Below the pieces are notes generated by a model, which was not told the origin of the DNA, did no database searches, and was given only the letters and a program-made list of their open reading frames with translations. DNA of 64,000 bases from a virus (taxonomy: Duplodnaviria; Heunggongvirae; Uroviricota; Caudoviricetes). The stretch is taken from IMG/VR virus record IMGVR_UViG_3300027896_000028. One strand, written 5' to 3'. Of this stretch, positions 9,395 to 19,142 are shown piece by piece (position 1 is the first letter of the stretch; every line of letters starts with the position of its first letter). A program made the translations under genes and the position numbers.

Positions 9395-10255
9395 TTACGT
9401 GAGAATGTCAGCGTTTTCAAACAGGTTCTGATTGCGCCATTTGAGCGCTTCAGCGACAGTTTTGATTTCCGGTGCCACACCCTCAAGGTGGAAGCAGCCG
9501 ATCGATGGATTCGTCATCTTGAGATAACGAGCGTCTTTCAGCTCCTCACTCAGTTCGATGCTGTACAGCTCGTATGTATCCCGTTTGTCGAGCAGCTTGT
9601 GTGGAAGCGCACTGATCACGCGATCCATACCCACCTTGCGAATCAGCTCGCGACGAACTTCAACGTTGGTTTCCTTCAAGACCGTATTGGTGTCTAGCTT
9701 CTCAGCGGGAGTCAACACATACTCTTTCTTCAGCATCACACCGTTGAGTGCGAAGATTTCGTTATCGCCACTGTAAGACAGCGCCGGGCCATCTTCGCAG
9801 TTGAGACCGCTAGCGTTCTTCTTGACAATCGACATCGGTTGGCACACGATGCATTCCTGGTCGAGAGGAAACACCATGCCATACTTCTGGCAGTTGCGAA
9901 GAGCATCGTATTCCGCGCGGTTTTTGTAAACCACGTCGAGTTCATTCGCGCAATATTCGTAGAACGCGAACCACGACGCCCAGAACTGGCAGTCGAAGTA
10001 CGGATACACGAACTTCAGTTGATCGTCTTTCTTGCGACCAAGAACTTCATTGACGCGATCCCAACACGCCTTCGGAGACTGAAAGAGTGAAACCGGTGCC
10101 GGTTTATCCTTCTTCAGGACGAGGCGCTGAAACACTTCGAAGTCAGCTTCCGCATCTTCGAGTTTCAATTGCTTTGTGGTGAGCCCCTTCGCAGTCCATT
10201 CCGCAACGTATTGCGGAAACTTCGCTTGCTGCTCTTCCGTTAGTTTAGTGATCAT
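9395..10255 (-). CDS. hypothetical protein (GC-rich gene)
   Basis: Track ORF 9395..10300 begins at TTG. The start is set to the first in-frame ATG (MITKLTEEQ). Local GC is about 50% against roughly 37% background. Confidence 0.5.
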   Translation of the reverse strand: MITKLTEEQQAKFPQYVAEWTAKGLTTKQLKLEDAEADFEVFQRLVLKKDKPAPVSLFQSPKACWDRVNEVLGRKKDDQLKFVYPYFDCQFWASWFAFYEYCANELDVVYKNRAEYDALRNCQKYGMVFPLDQECIVCQPMSIVKKNASGLNCEDGPALSYSGDNEIFALNGVMLKKEYVLTPAEKLDTNTVLKETNVEVRRELIRKVGMDRVISALPHKLLDKRDTYELYSIELSEELKDARYLKMTNPSIGCFHLEGVAPEIKTVAEALKWRNQNLFENADILT

Positions 10256-10289
10256 AGTCTGAGTGTTATTTGTTGTTTGTGTTGGCGAT

Positions 10290-10610
10290 TTAGTCAACAA
10301 CCTGACGGGTCATCTTGCTGAACCAATCGTATTCTTGAACACGACCAATCTCGTACAAGCCCTTGTCGAGCTTGATGTGACCGTGCTCTTGGTGAGTCAG
10401 AGTAGCCGGCCCCTCGAGCTTCAAGAGCATCTTCTCACCAATCTGGATGAGTTCGGAGTCGGTCTCTTCGATGCCGTGATAGTGACCAGTCACTTCACCT
10501 TCAGCGAGCACGAGCTTGCCTTTGGAAATGACCTTCTGTTCACCAGCAGGCATCTTCGTGATGCGACGGAGAAGCACGTCGCCCTGTTGTACTGTTTTAA
10601 GTTTCTTCAT
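10290..10610 (-). CDS. hypothetical protein
   Basis: 106 aa with GDVLL...GEVTGHYH motifs. GC-rich like its neighbour. Confidence 0.5.
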   Translation of the reverse strand: MKKLKTVQQGDVLLRRITKMPAGEQKVISKGKLVLAEGEVTGHYHGIEETDSELIQIGEKMLLKLEGPATLTHQEHGHIKLDKGLYEIGRVQEYDWFSKMTRQVVD

Positions 10611-10687
10611 AATTTAATTTGTTTATTTTTGTTTGTTAATTCCAACTGTTCCTAAAAGTATAACTTCTTTTCCGGTATAGGCAATAA

Positions 10688-11113
10688 TTATTTAAGACTA
10701 TCTGTAGGTACCAGAAGACCTTCTTGGATGCCTTTGCAGTTGTATGCATACTCACCGATATCAGTTAAGGGAGCAACTAACATAGTTGTAGAGCTCGCTG
10801 CTGAATGAGATACCTTATCCGTATAATTTACATAACGACGAGCTTCGATATAGTTCGTGGTACACCCCATCAAAGATAAAATCCAGTTAGTAGTTGCTAC
10901 AGCAGCAGCAGCAGTATTTACTTGAATTGGTGCAAAGTAAATCTCGTTAGTTACATAGACTGTATTGGTAGTAGGGTTGTGAAGCAAGGTTTGATATTTG
11001 CTCTGTATAGAACCAGCGTATAGAACCACACCAATTGCAACTGCGATTAACAGGCCCACTGCGATATTGTTTTTAGTTTGTTCAGTTAACATAAAATTAG
11101 ATGCACCTGCCAA
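10688..11113 (-). CDS. membrane protein
   Basis: 141 aa with an N-terminal TM helix (IAVGLLIAVAIGVVLYAG). Confidence 0.45.
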   Translation of the reverse strand: MAGASNFMLTEQTKNNIAVGLLIAVAIGVVLYAGSIQSKYQTLLHNPTTNTVYVTNEIYFAPIQVNTAAAAVATTNWILSLMGCTTNYIEARRYVNYTDKVSHSAASSTTMLVAPLTDIGEYAYNCKGIQEGLLVPTDSLK

Positions 11114-11219
11114 TAATGAAACCAGCTACGAGGATGATTATAACCTGCCAGCTAAGAAAGCTGACGAGATAAGCTGCACCTATGATAGCAAATGAAATCA
11201 GAATAAGATGTTTCATATT

Positions 11220-11540
11220 TTAGCGAGTTGAGGTGATTGCTTCGTTTGAATAATAAATTGTTTCAGTAGGTGTGACAACTGTGCAACTCCGTTGAGCGCA
11301 TTGCTTAATCAAATGTTTAGCTAGCTCCTTTGCTTTAGCATCAATCGTATCTGTTTCGCTAGGAAACCGAGGATAGTTAATCAAACCAACACAAACACCT
11401 GACTCCATTCCACCAGTAAAAACAAATAACGTTTTTGTGATGCTCACACAAAAACCAGATAGACAGTAGAAGCTACAAGCATTGACAACTGCATCGTAGT
11501 TACCAGCAATGTATATTTTAACTTCGTATGTCTTTACCAT
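11220..11540 (-). CDS. hypothetical protein
   Basis: 106-aa ORF. Confidence 0.45.
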   Translation of the reverse strand: MVKTYEVKIYIAGNYDAVVNACSFYCLSGFCVSITKTLFVFTGGMESGVCVGLINYPRFPSETDTIDAKAKELAKHLIKQCAQRSCTVVTPTETIYYSNEAITSTR

Positions 11541-11565
11541 GCCACAATAATAATAGAAGAATAAA

Positions 11566-11608
11566 AAAAAGCAAGAAAAACCCTGCGGAGTCTTATAGCT
11601 CCGCAGGG
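11566..11608 (-). terminator. rho-independent terminator
   Basis: Perfect 10-bp GC-rich stem CCCTGCGGAG/CTCCGCAGGG with an 8-nt loop, followed on the minus strand by a T-run. Lies immediately downstream of the pilin-like gene. Confidence 0.7.
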
Positions 11609-11628
11609 TTGCTAACTACACCAAGCTC

Positions 11629-11997
11629 TTATTGCATTGCGTGAGCTGGCGTGGCTGTTGACAGTGTGCATGTAGGTGAAGTACCTACGTTCACTGTGTC
11701 GTTGTACGTCCCGCCACCAGGGCAGCCAGGGACTTTATTATTAGCATTCAGTTTGATATAAACTGAAAGGCTAGCAGATACTGAAGCAGTAGTGCCAGCA
11801 GCCTTGTTGTTCTCTATCGCATACTCCTGCGCTGCATTGTCAATCTGCTGAAGATTGTTAATGCATGCATTAGCTTGCGTCGTTGCACGAGCTCTCACGA
11901 AGTTGGGAATAGCAATAGCAGCAAGCAATCCTATAATTGCGACAACTATCATTATTTCAACAAGCGTGAAGGCGCTTTGTCTTTTGGTCGTTTTCAT
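11629..11997 (-). CDS. type IV pilin / pseudopilin-like protein (prepilin-type N-terminal cleavage/methylation domain)
   Basis: Leader MKTTKRQSA followed by FTLVEIMIVVAIIGLLAAIAIP, the class III signal / N-methyl-Phe hydrophobic helix. Strong SD (AAAGGAGAG) 6 nt upstream of the chosen ATG. GC-rich. Confidence 0.75.
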   Translation of the reverse strand: MKTTKRQSAFTLVEIMIVVAIIGLLAAIAIPNFVRARATTQANACINNLQQIDNAAQEYAIENNKAAGTTASVSASLSVYIKLNANNKVPGCPGGGTYNDTVNVGTSPTCTLSTATPAHAMQ

Positions 11998-12204
11998 GTT
12001 ACTCTCCTTTGAACATGGCGTGGAACAATGCAGCAAGCGGGTTATATGTAGTATGTATTTGTTCCAGTTTATTGCTCGCTGCTACCATATAAATAATTTA
12101 AGCTACTATTTTAAAAAGGTCAACTAAATAGTTTTACTTCTACCTCATCACTCTGGTTGATTCGTGTAAAGCTTTAATAAATATAAGATAGGAACCTAAA
12201 GAAG

Positions 12205-14820
12205 ATGTCTGACAAAAACAACATTGTGGGTGCATTTCGTCACAAAAATACACTCATTACACCTACAGTAGTGAATCGAGGTAATAGCGTCATCTTTTAC
12301 ACATCAAAAAAGAGAATGACTCTCTCTGATGGTGCCTCACCCCTGTATGAATATACTGTACGCGGTAAAAGCCTTATTATTGAGTCCCATACAGTAAAAC
12401 CAGGTGTTGAGGTTGGTGTATTAACAATCGAGAATGCTAATTATGAGTTTCTTCTCCAGCCTGCCGGGAATCGGGAGTCGGCTATTATAATTAACCCAAA
12501 TCAAAAGAAAGTAGTCATTGATAATAGCAGCGTTGCATCCTATTTCACTAAAGATACCGACCACCCGAAATCAATAGAACAAAACAACGGACCTCTCAAG
12601 TTCAATAATTACGAGACAAAGCATCTAGTATATGAAGCACTCACACCACTCTCTGCTCTTATAGCAGAGAGTGTGAGCAATCAAAATGAGTCAATATCAT
12701 TAGCTCTCACAAATCTTAACAATTTCGTCAAAGAACAGCGAGTTGCCTTGGAAGGTGTAATCCAGAAGGATTTTGTCAAGATAAAAGAGTCTCAGCAGAC
12801 ATCATTTACTAAAGGATGGGAGAAGGTTCTCGAAATAACTGACAAGAAGACGTCCGAATGGTTTAAGGTTTATGGTGAGAAGACAAACAAGAAGGTCTCG
12901 TCCGAATTACAATCGTTCGCAAGGAATTTAATAAACGAAGCTGTTGAGAAGCAAGGTGAGGAACTGTTAAAGGAATCTCATACTCACCTAGCATCACTTA
13001 GTGCTTTAACATTCAAATGGTTTAAGGAGCAGGTTAATAACATTGAGAAGATGTCTGATCAACTGCTAGTCGAAAAGAATGAGCAGACTGAAACAGAATT
13101 GGACAAGCGAATAGAGAAGTTGACAGAACAGGTTACCCACAAGCTGCAACATCTTACAGATAAAGTAACGTCCGAATCCACAAAGATTGAACAGTCCTTG
13201 ACATCTAAAGTAGACAAAAAGACAAATGCTATTGACACGTTGTCTAAGTCGCTAGAGAAGATCATTAAGGAGACACCTGGTAATGTTACAGAGCTATTTG
13301 AGAGTGCATCTAGGAAGTGGACGAAGGCGCTCGAAGATAAGGTAACTGAGCTCGAAACATTCAAAGAGAGCATTTACAGTGGTAATAAAGATGTAGTAGA
13401 TAAGTTCAATAAGCTTTCACATAAGGTTACTGAAACAGAGACAGAGCTAGAGAAGCAGAAGAAGACTGTTAACAGGGAAGTAAAGACATATATCGACAAG
13501 CAGACTGCTGAGATGAAAATCTTGATTGGTAAGTCTCTGGAGTCTGGTGGTGGCTCTGCTACTAACCCATTCATTAACGGTGGCACGATGAATGGTGACC
13601 TAACTGTTAAGGGTAACTTAAACGTTGAAGGTATATATCTATCTGCTGGTATTAGTTTATTCACGCTACTATCTGGTGCGGGCGGTGGAACTGGTAGAGA
13701 TGATGTTAACACAGTTGTTATATCTAGCTCAGCTAACTGGAATAGTGTATTCTCAACGGTTAAAGCTAATAGCGCTGAATGGGAAGCTGATTTTACAGTT
13801 GTAAACACTAACTCAGCTAATTGGGATACTGCATACGGTTACTCTACAGTGTACAGTTCTAACAGTGCGTCTTACGGTTCAACATATTCTACCGTTAACA
13901 CTAATAGCGCTAGCTGGGATATATCTTCTGCATACGCAACGGTATACAGCTCTAACAGTGCTAAGTACGAATCTAATTATAGTACGACTACCACTAACTC
14001 AGCTAACTGGGGTAGTGTATACACCACAGTAAATAATACTAGCGCTAATTGGAATATTGGTTATGATTTTGGTACAACGTTCAGTGTTATTAGTGCTTCA
14101 TATGATTCGTCTTATTCAACTGTTAATGCTAACTCCGCTAACTGGGATATCAGTTTTAAATACAGCACAGTTTATAGTGCCAATAGCGCTACATACGCCA
14201 CAATCGCTTATACAGCAAATTATCTGCCTCTCAGTGGTGGTAGCGTAGTAGGTGATGTTACAATTTTCGGTAATCTAACAGCATACGGCACAATTACCTT
14301 CTTAGACACACAGGTAATTGTTGCCAGTGCAATGCATATTACCAATACAGGTACTGGCCCTGCATTAGTAGTAAATCAAACAGGCCCTCAACCTATTGCA
14401 GATTTCCAAGATGACGGTTTTACTGTTGTTCGTATCGCTGATGATGGCTTTGTTGGTATTGGGACAATTACACCGAATGTTGAATTGACGGTTAAGGGTG
14501 CTATCAGCGCTACTGGAGACGTTACATTTAATAGCAGCCTAAACTTAATGCCGGTCGTTTCGGGGGCTGCTGTTGTCTTAGGTGCTAAATCATTCTACGT
14601 ATATTCTGGTGCAGGTGATATTACTTGGACGCTACCTGATTTAGCATCATCACCTAATAGAATGTATTTTATCAAGAATCGTAGTGCGGCTGGTAACATT
14701 TCCCTAAATGCTAGTGGAGCTGATAATTTATACTACACCTCTGTAACGCCTTCTTACAACGTAGGGCCTGGTGAAGCTTATATCATCGCAAACGATGGCA
14801 CATACTGGGAGATCATGTAA
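12205..14820 (+). CDS. tail fiber-like protein (long coiled-coil stalk, NSANW-type repeats, C-terminal beta-rich domain)
   Basis: 871 aa. A roughly 250-aa heptad-rich coiled coil, then GGTMNGDLTVKGNLNVEG and TITPNVELTVKG fiber-type motifs. At least 10 degenerate N(S/T)(A/S)NW repeats (aa 510-650). Confidence 0.65.
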   Translation: MSDKNNIVGAFRHKNTLITPTVVNRGNSVIFYTSKKRMTLSDGASPLYEYTVRGKSLIIESHTVKPGVEVGVLTIENANYEFLLQPAGNRESAIIINPNQKKVVIDNSSVASYFTKDTDHPKSIEQNNGPLKFNNYETKHLVYEALTPLSALIAESVSNQNESISLALTNLNNFVKEQRVALEGVIQKDFVKIKESQQTSFTKGWEKVLEITDKKTSEWFKVYGEKTNKKVSSELQSFARNLINEAVEKQGEELLKESHTHLASLSALTFKWFKEQVNNIEKMSDQLLVEKNEQTETELDKRIEKLTEQVTHKLQHLTDKVTSESTKIEQSLTSKVDKKTNAIDTLSKSLEKIIKETPGNVTELFESASRKWTKALEDKVTELETFKESIYSGNKDVVDKFNKLSHKVTETETELEKQKKTVNREVKTYIDKQTAEMKILIGKSLESGGGSATNPFINGGTMNGDLTVKGNLNVEGIYLSAGISLFTLLSGAGGGTGRDDVNTVVISSSANWNSVFSTVKANSAEWEADFTVVNTNSANWDTAYGYSTVYSSNSASYGSTYSTVNTNSASWDISSAYATVYSSNSAKYESNYSTTTTNSANWGSVYTTVNNTSANWNIGYDFGTTFSVISASYDSSYSTVNANSANWDISFKYSTVYSANSATYATIAYTANYLPLSGGSVVGDVTIFGNLTAYGTITFLDTQVIVASAMHITNTGTGPALVVNQTGPQPIADFQDDGFTVVRIADDGFVGIGTITPNVELTVKGAISATGDVTFNSSLNLMPVVSGAAVVLGAKSFYVYSGAGDITWTLPDLASSPNRMYFIKNRSAAGNISLNASGADNLYYTSVTPSYNVGPGEAYIIANDGTYWEIM
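13720..14200 (+). repeat. degenerate coding tandem repeats (about 45 nt; NxSANW(D/N)xxY motif)
   Basis: Repeated TNSANW / NSASW / NSAKY units are visible in the translation of 12205..14820. Confidence 0.5.
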
Positions 14821-14828
14821 ATATTCAT

Positions 14829-16961
14829 ATGAAGAACATTGTAGTTAAATTCATCTTAGCAGCAGTCTTGGTGTTGTTAGGCATCGCAGACAGTCAAGCA
14901 GCTTTGCAGACAACGTTTCCTGCGAGCGCTATTACTAATGCTCCCTGGACAACAACACAAACTGTATCCCAGATTATTAGCACATCATCTATCTCTGTAC
15001 AGCAGATTACTAATTTTAATCAAGTCATATCAACCTCATCAGTTCCGGCCAATACTATTACTAATCCAATTTGGGTTAATACTAATGGTGGATTTGCATG
15101 GGGTCTTACTATTTTTGGTGGTGTATTCAACGGCAATGGCGGAGGGCTAACCAATCTTAATATTAGCGGCATTTCTAATTTTCCAACAGCATGGAGTTAT
15201 ACGGCTATAACTAATCCACCATGGTGTACAACCGGAGCAGTTAGTAGCATAATTTCAACATCAGCTATTCCAGCTGCTAATATAACTAACCCTACTTGGT
15301 TGACTACTCAGCAAGTTGGTGGTATTATAGCCACGTCAGCAATACCTGCAGCCAATATAACTAACCCCCCTTGGACTACTACAGGAGCAGTTGGTGGAAT
15401 TCTATTAACATCTCAGTTGCCTAATACGGTCATCACTAACCCGCCTTGGACAACAACTGGAGCAGTGCAATCAGCCATCTCATCGTTCGCTTCTACAGGT
15501 ACAGTAGCTTATGCTAACACATCATCAGTCGCAATGAACCTTTCAGCTGATCTAACTAACTGGGTTTTATCATCTGGTGTAGGTGTAGATTTCTATCAAA
15601 CTTCTACTACTAATAACATATCAGCTTCAATCTCCAATTGCTTTATGTTCTCTGTAAGCCCAGTAATAAACATGATGACAAATTCAGTTGTACCTACTGC
15701 AGGTTCTTATGGGCAGACTTGGCTAACTCCAATAACTGTTTCTCGTCTTGAAGTAGGTTACATATACATTAATTCCATGTTCTCGATAACAGGTAACGGT
15801 GGACCATCCACCACTGCTCAATATGAATTGTGGACTTGGAACACAAATGGTACATTTACACAATTCCCTGGTGGTTACTGTTCTGGTATGATGGTTAGTT
15901 CCGCTACGCCCGCCAATACAGGGCCAATGTCTATATCTATACAAAATGCAACCAACTTAGCAAGCGGAACTTATCTCGCACTACGATTAAAATTTGTTAC
16001 AACTAGCGGAAATAATCTAAATTTCTCTACCTATTCTGGAGATGGATATATCTCTGTTATTGCTGTAAATGCTGGTAACTCATTACAGTCAATAGCAACA
16101 AATAACCCATTTAATGGTGCATTCTTAGGGTCAGACGGTATCAACTCTTTCTGGTCGATTAATGCTTATTGGTTAACTAATCTAAACGCTACAAACTTGA
16201 CAGGTATAATTCCTCTAACGAAAATACCATCACTACCGAGTTCAATCATTACTAACCCCCCTTGGTTGACTACTCAGCAAGTTGGAGGTATTATAGCTAC
16301 ATCACAGATACCAGCAGTTAATATTACTAACCCCCCTTGGACTACTACAGGAGCAGTTGGTGGAATTCTATTAACATCTCAGTTGCCTAATACGGTCATC
16401 ACTAACCCGCCTTGGACTACTACAGGAGCGGTTGGTGGAATTCTGCTTACATCTCAGTTACCTAATACGGTAATTACTAATCCACCTTGGACAACTACAC
16501 AAGCAGTAGGTGGCATTGTTGCTACATCCGCGATACCAGCTGCTAATATAACAGGCACTTTGCCTTATATCAGCAACAATAATGGTGCTGGTACAAACAC
16601 TACGCTCGTCACTGTTACTATAACTAATGGTAACTGGACAGGCCTGTTCTCATTAACGAATGTGACATTTACATTTTCAGGTAACATTAGGTATGCTGTT
16701 ACAAACGTATCAGCAAACTATACAGTATCAACGAACGACAACACTGTTAACTGCCTATCTAATTCCTTTAACGTAACCTTACCAACTGCTGTCGGAATTG
16801 AAGGTCTGGAGTATGATGTTAAGAATTCAGGTAACGGTGTTATCACTTTACTAACTACAGCTGGCCAAACGATAGACGGTAACGCTAGTGGAACAATTAA
16901 GTTAGGTACTATGGATAACTATACATTACGTGTAGCCAATACAAACTGGATGATAAGATAA
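14829..16961 (+). CDS. repeat-rich secreted or structural protein (fiber/adhesin-like)
   Basis: 710 aa. N-terminal signal-peptide-like MKNIVVKFILAAVLVLLGIADSQA. At least 10 copies of a roughly 25-aa unit ITNPPWTTTGAVGGILLTSQLPNTV. C-terminal domain similar to that of 12205..14820. Confidence 0.65.
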   Translation: MKNIVVKFILAAVLVLLGIADSQAALQTTFPASAITNAPWTTTQTVSQIISTSSISVQQITNFNQVISTSSVPANTITNPIWVNTNGGFAWGLTIFGGVFNGNGGGLTNLNISGISNFPTAWSYTAITNPPWCTTGAVSSIISTSAIPAANITNPTWLTTQQVGGIIATSAIPAANITNPPWTTTGAVGGILLTSQLPNTVITNPPWTTTGAVQSAISSFASTGTVAYANTSSVAMNLSADLTNWVLSSGVGVDFYQTSTTNNISASISNCFMFSVSPVINMMTNSVVPTAGSYGQTWLTPITVSRLEVGYIYINSMFSITGNGGPSTTAQYELWTWNTNGTFTQFPGGYCSGMMVSSATPANTGPMSISIQNATNLASGTYLALRLKFVTTSGNNLNFSTYSGDGYISVIAVNAGNSLQSIATNNPFNGAFLGSDGINSFWSINAYWLTNLNATNLTGIIPLTKIPSLPSSIITNPPWLTTQQVGGIIATSQIPAVNITNPPWTTTGAVGGILLTSQLPNTVITNPPWTTTGAVGGILLTSQLPNTVITNPPWTTTQAVGGIVATSAIPAANITGTLPYISNNNGAGTNTTLVTVTITNGNWTGLFSLTNVTFTFSGNIRYAVTNVSANYTVSTNDNTVNCLSNSFNVTLPTAVGIEGLEYDVKNSGNGVITLLTTAGQTIDGNASGTIKLGTMDNYTLRVANTNWMIR
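15190..15480 (+). repeat. about 75-bp coding tandem repeats (first block)
   Basis: Near-identical DNA units encoding ITNP(P/T)W(T/L)TT...GGI..TS.(I/L)P. Confidence 0.55.
16240..16560 (+). repeat. about 75-bp coding tandem repeats (second block, 4 units)
   Basis: Units such as actaaccc(c/g)ccttggac(t/a)actaca(g/c)gagc(a/g)gttggtggaattct recur at 16243, 16321, 16396 and 16471. Confidence 0.6.
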
Positions 16962-16968
16962 TAAATTT

Positions 16969-18267
16969 ATGAAGAAAATATTAGCAACAATAACATTAAT
17001 AGTATTTGCCTGTTTTATGGCAGGTGCAACAATCATTAATAATCCAACAGTTGATTTCAACCCAGGTAACGAATCTGCCTTCGGTGTGCTTGAGACAGGT
17101 GAGTTGACACCAGTCTTGCAAATGGACTTTATCTACGGTATTAACATCCAAGTAGGTAAGACAAACATAAGCGGTTTAACCGGCGGTGGTAACGTAGATA
17201 CTTCTGCGAACCGTCTTCGTGTTCAATCTGGAACTAATACGGCAGGATTCGGCACTTTTCAATCTGTGCGTGGTGCTAAATACCGCGCAGGACAAGGCGT
17301 CACAGCCCGTTGGACATCAGTATTCGCTCAGCCTGTAACCAATAACTTACAGGAGATGGGTGCTGGTAATGAATCTGATGGTTATATGTTTGGATATTTT
17401 ACTAATGGACAATTTGGTATCATTTACCGTGGATGGGGAACAAATTCATTCATTCCGCAAACGAGCTGGAATGGTGATAAATCTGACGGTACCGGTAAAA
17501 GTGGATTTGCGTTAATACCCACGAATGGTAATGTGTACATGGTGAAATACCCTTTCCTGGGTTATGGTAATATTGAATTTTTTATTGAAGATGGATCGGC
17601 TGGATTCGTATTGGTGCATACAATTCTATATGCAAATACATCAACCAATACATCTATCAGCAACCCGAATCTGTCATTCTGGGCTCGTAGTATTAACTAT
17701 GGTTCTCAAAGCAATGTTGTTATGTACTCTGGTTCGGTGGGTTTCTTCTTATCAGGTCCTCGTTCATTCTTAAGCAATCCTAAATGGGCTGCAAACTCAG
17801 GTTATCTAACTGCTGCGACTGCATATGAAACTAATCTAATAACACTGCAAAATTGTACAAACTATAACGGTATACCAAACCGTTCATTAATCAGATTAAA
17901 CTCAATGACGATTAGTACTACAGTGACTGCATCTGGAGCTGCTACATATTTTGTTCGATATAACCCAAACTACACTATAGCGCCTACATTCGTAGCTATC
18001 AATGGTACAACTAACCTAAATGGTTTGGTTATAACAAACGGTAACTCTATAACAGGTATATCAACAAACAATACTGGTATATCGGGAGGTCAATTAATAT
18101 TCACTAGTTGTGTTTCTGGTCCTAACAACGGATCTCAGAATCAACTTATTGACCTATCGCCATATGACCTCTATATCGCACCAGGTGATAAGATTACAGT
18201 AAGTGTGCAAGCTGTGGCTGGTACTACAATAAGCATCATCAGCTTAACTTGGACAGAAGATATCTAA
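16969..18267 (+). CDS. secreted or structural protein (signal-peptide-like N-terminus)
   Basis: 432 aa. MKKILATITLIVFACFMAGA, then a Gly/Asn/Thr-rich beta-type sequence. Confidence 0.55.
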   Translation: MKKILATITLIVFACFMAGATIINNPTVDFNPGNESAFGVLETGELTPVLQMDFIYGINIQVGKTNISGLTGGGNVDTSANRLRVQSGTNTAGFGTFQSVRGAKYRAGQGVTARWTSVFAQPVTNNLQEMGAGNESDGYMFGYFTNGQFGIIYRGWGTNSFIPQTSWNGDKSDGTGKSGFALIPTNGNVYMVKYPFLGYGNIEFFIEDGSAGFVLVHTILYANTSTNTSISNPNLSFWARSINYGSQSNVVMYSGSVGFFLSGPRSFLSNPKWAANSGYLTAATAYETNLITLQNCTNYNGIPNRSLIRLNSMTISTTVTASGAATYFVRYNPNYTIAPTFVAINGTTNLNGLVITNGNSITGISTNNTGISGGQLIFTSCVSGPNNGSQNQLIDLSPYDLYIAPGDKITVSVQAVAGTTISIISLTWTEDI

Positions 18268-18272
18268 ACTTT

Positions 18273-19139
18273 ATGAAGTATATTACGTCTCTATTAACAG
18301 TTGGTATATTGTTATTAACCTTTTCAGTAATGGGTCAATCTACAATGACTGTGTCTAGCTTTTCTGGAACCATACAGCAAGGTGTAGTAGTGACTATTGC
18401 GCAGCAGGCTAACTCATTAACTGCCGGGAGTACTAGTACTAATCCGACTTTTGTTGGTACTACAATCTTGAATAGCAATTTGGTAATAAATGCCGACACC
18501 ACTACCAGCCCCATCACAATTACAAACAGCAAATTCGTAACAGTCATAACGAACAGTCTTATAGGAACAACTTTGTACGTAAGTTATGGAGCTAATAAGC
18601 CATTAATATCCTGGAACACTAATGGCAATATTATAATAACACCTGCGACTGGAAGTTCTGTCAGCCTTAATGGTAATACTTCAATAGGTACTACTACGAC
18701 AACTAATACAGTTCGTGGAACAACTATGTTTACCGGTGAAGGTACTACTACAATTGGTGGATCGGTGACAATTTCAAATGGATATGTAGATACTCCGGTT
18801 TACGTAAGCTATACAGGTGTCACAAATGGCATATTAGATTTATCATTGGGATCAACGTTTATGATCACAAATTTAACCAATCACATCTATATATCATTAA
18901 CCAATACTACTGGTTTAATTGGTACGCATAGGAACATAACTCTATTGACTCAACAGAATGGTGTGGGTGGTTGGTTTATTACTTGGAATACTAACGTGGC
19001 TGTAGCTTGCTCTAAGTTTAGTTATGGAGTAATCCCAGTTAACACGACAAATAGTAATGCCCGTACTGTATACTCAGGTACTACATCGCCAAGTAGTACA
19101 AACGTTTTCTGGATAATGACAGACAATTTCCAACCTTAA
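18273..19139 (+). CDS. secreted or structural protein (signal-peptide-like N-terminus)
   Basis: Track ORF 18249..19139. Start moved to MKYITSLLTVGILLLTFSVMG to avoid overlap. Thr/Asn-rich. Confidence 0.5.
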   Translation: MKYITSLLTVGILLLTFSVMGQSTMTVSSFSGTIQQGVVVTIAQQANSLTAGSTSTNPTFVGTTILNSNLVINADTTTSPITITNSKFVTVITNSLIGTTLYVSYGANKPLISWNTNGNIIITPATGSSVSLNGNTSIGTTTTTNTVRGTTMFTGEGTTTIGGSVTISNGYVDTPVYVSYTGVTNGILDLSLGSTFMITNLTNHIYISLTNTTGLIGTHRNITLLTQQNGVGGWFITWNTNVAVACSKFSYGVIPVNTTNSNARTVYSGTTSPSSTNVFWIMTDNFQP

Positions 19140-19142
19140 AAT

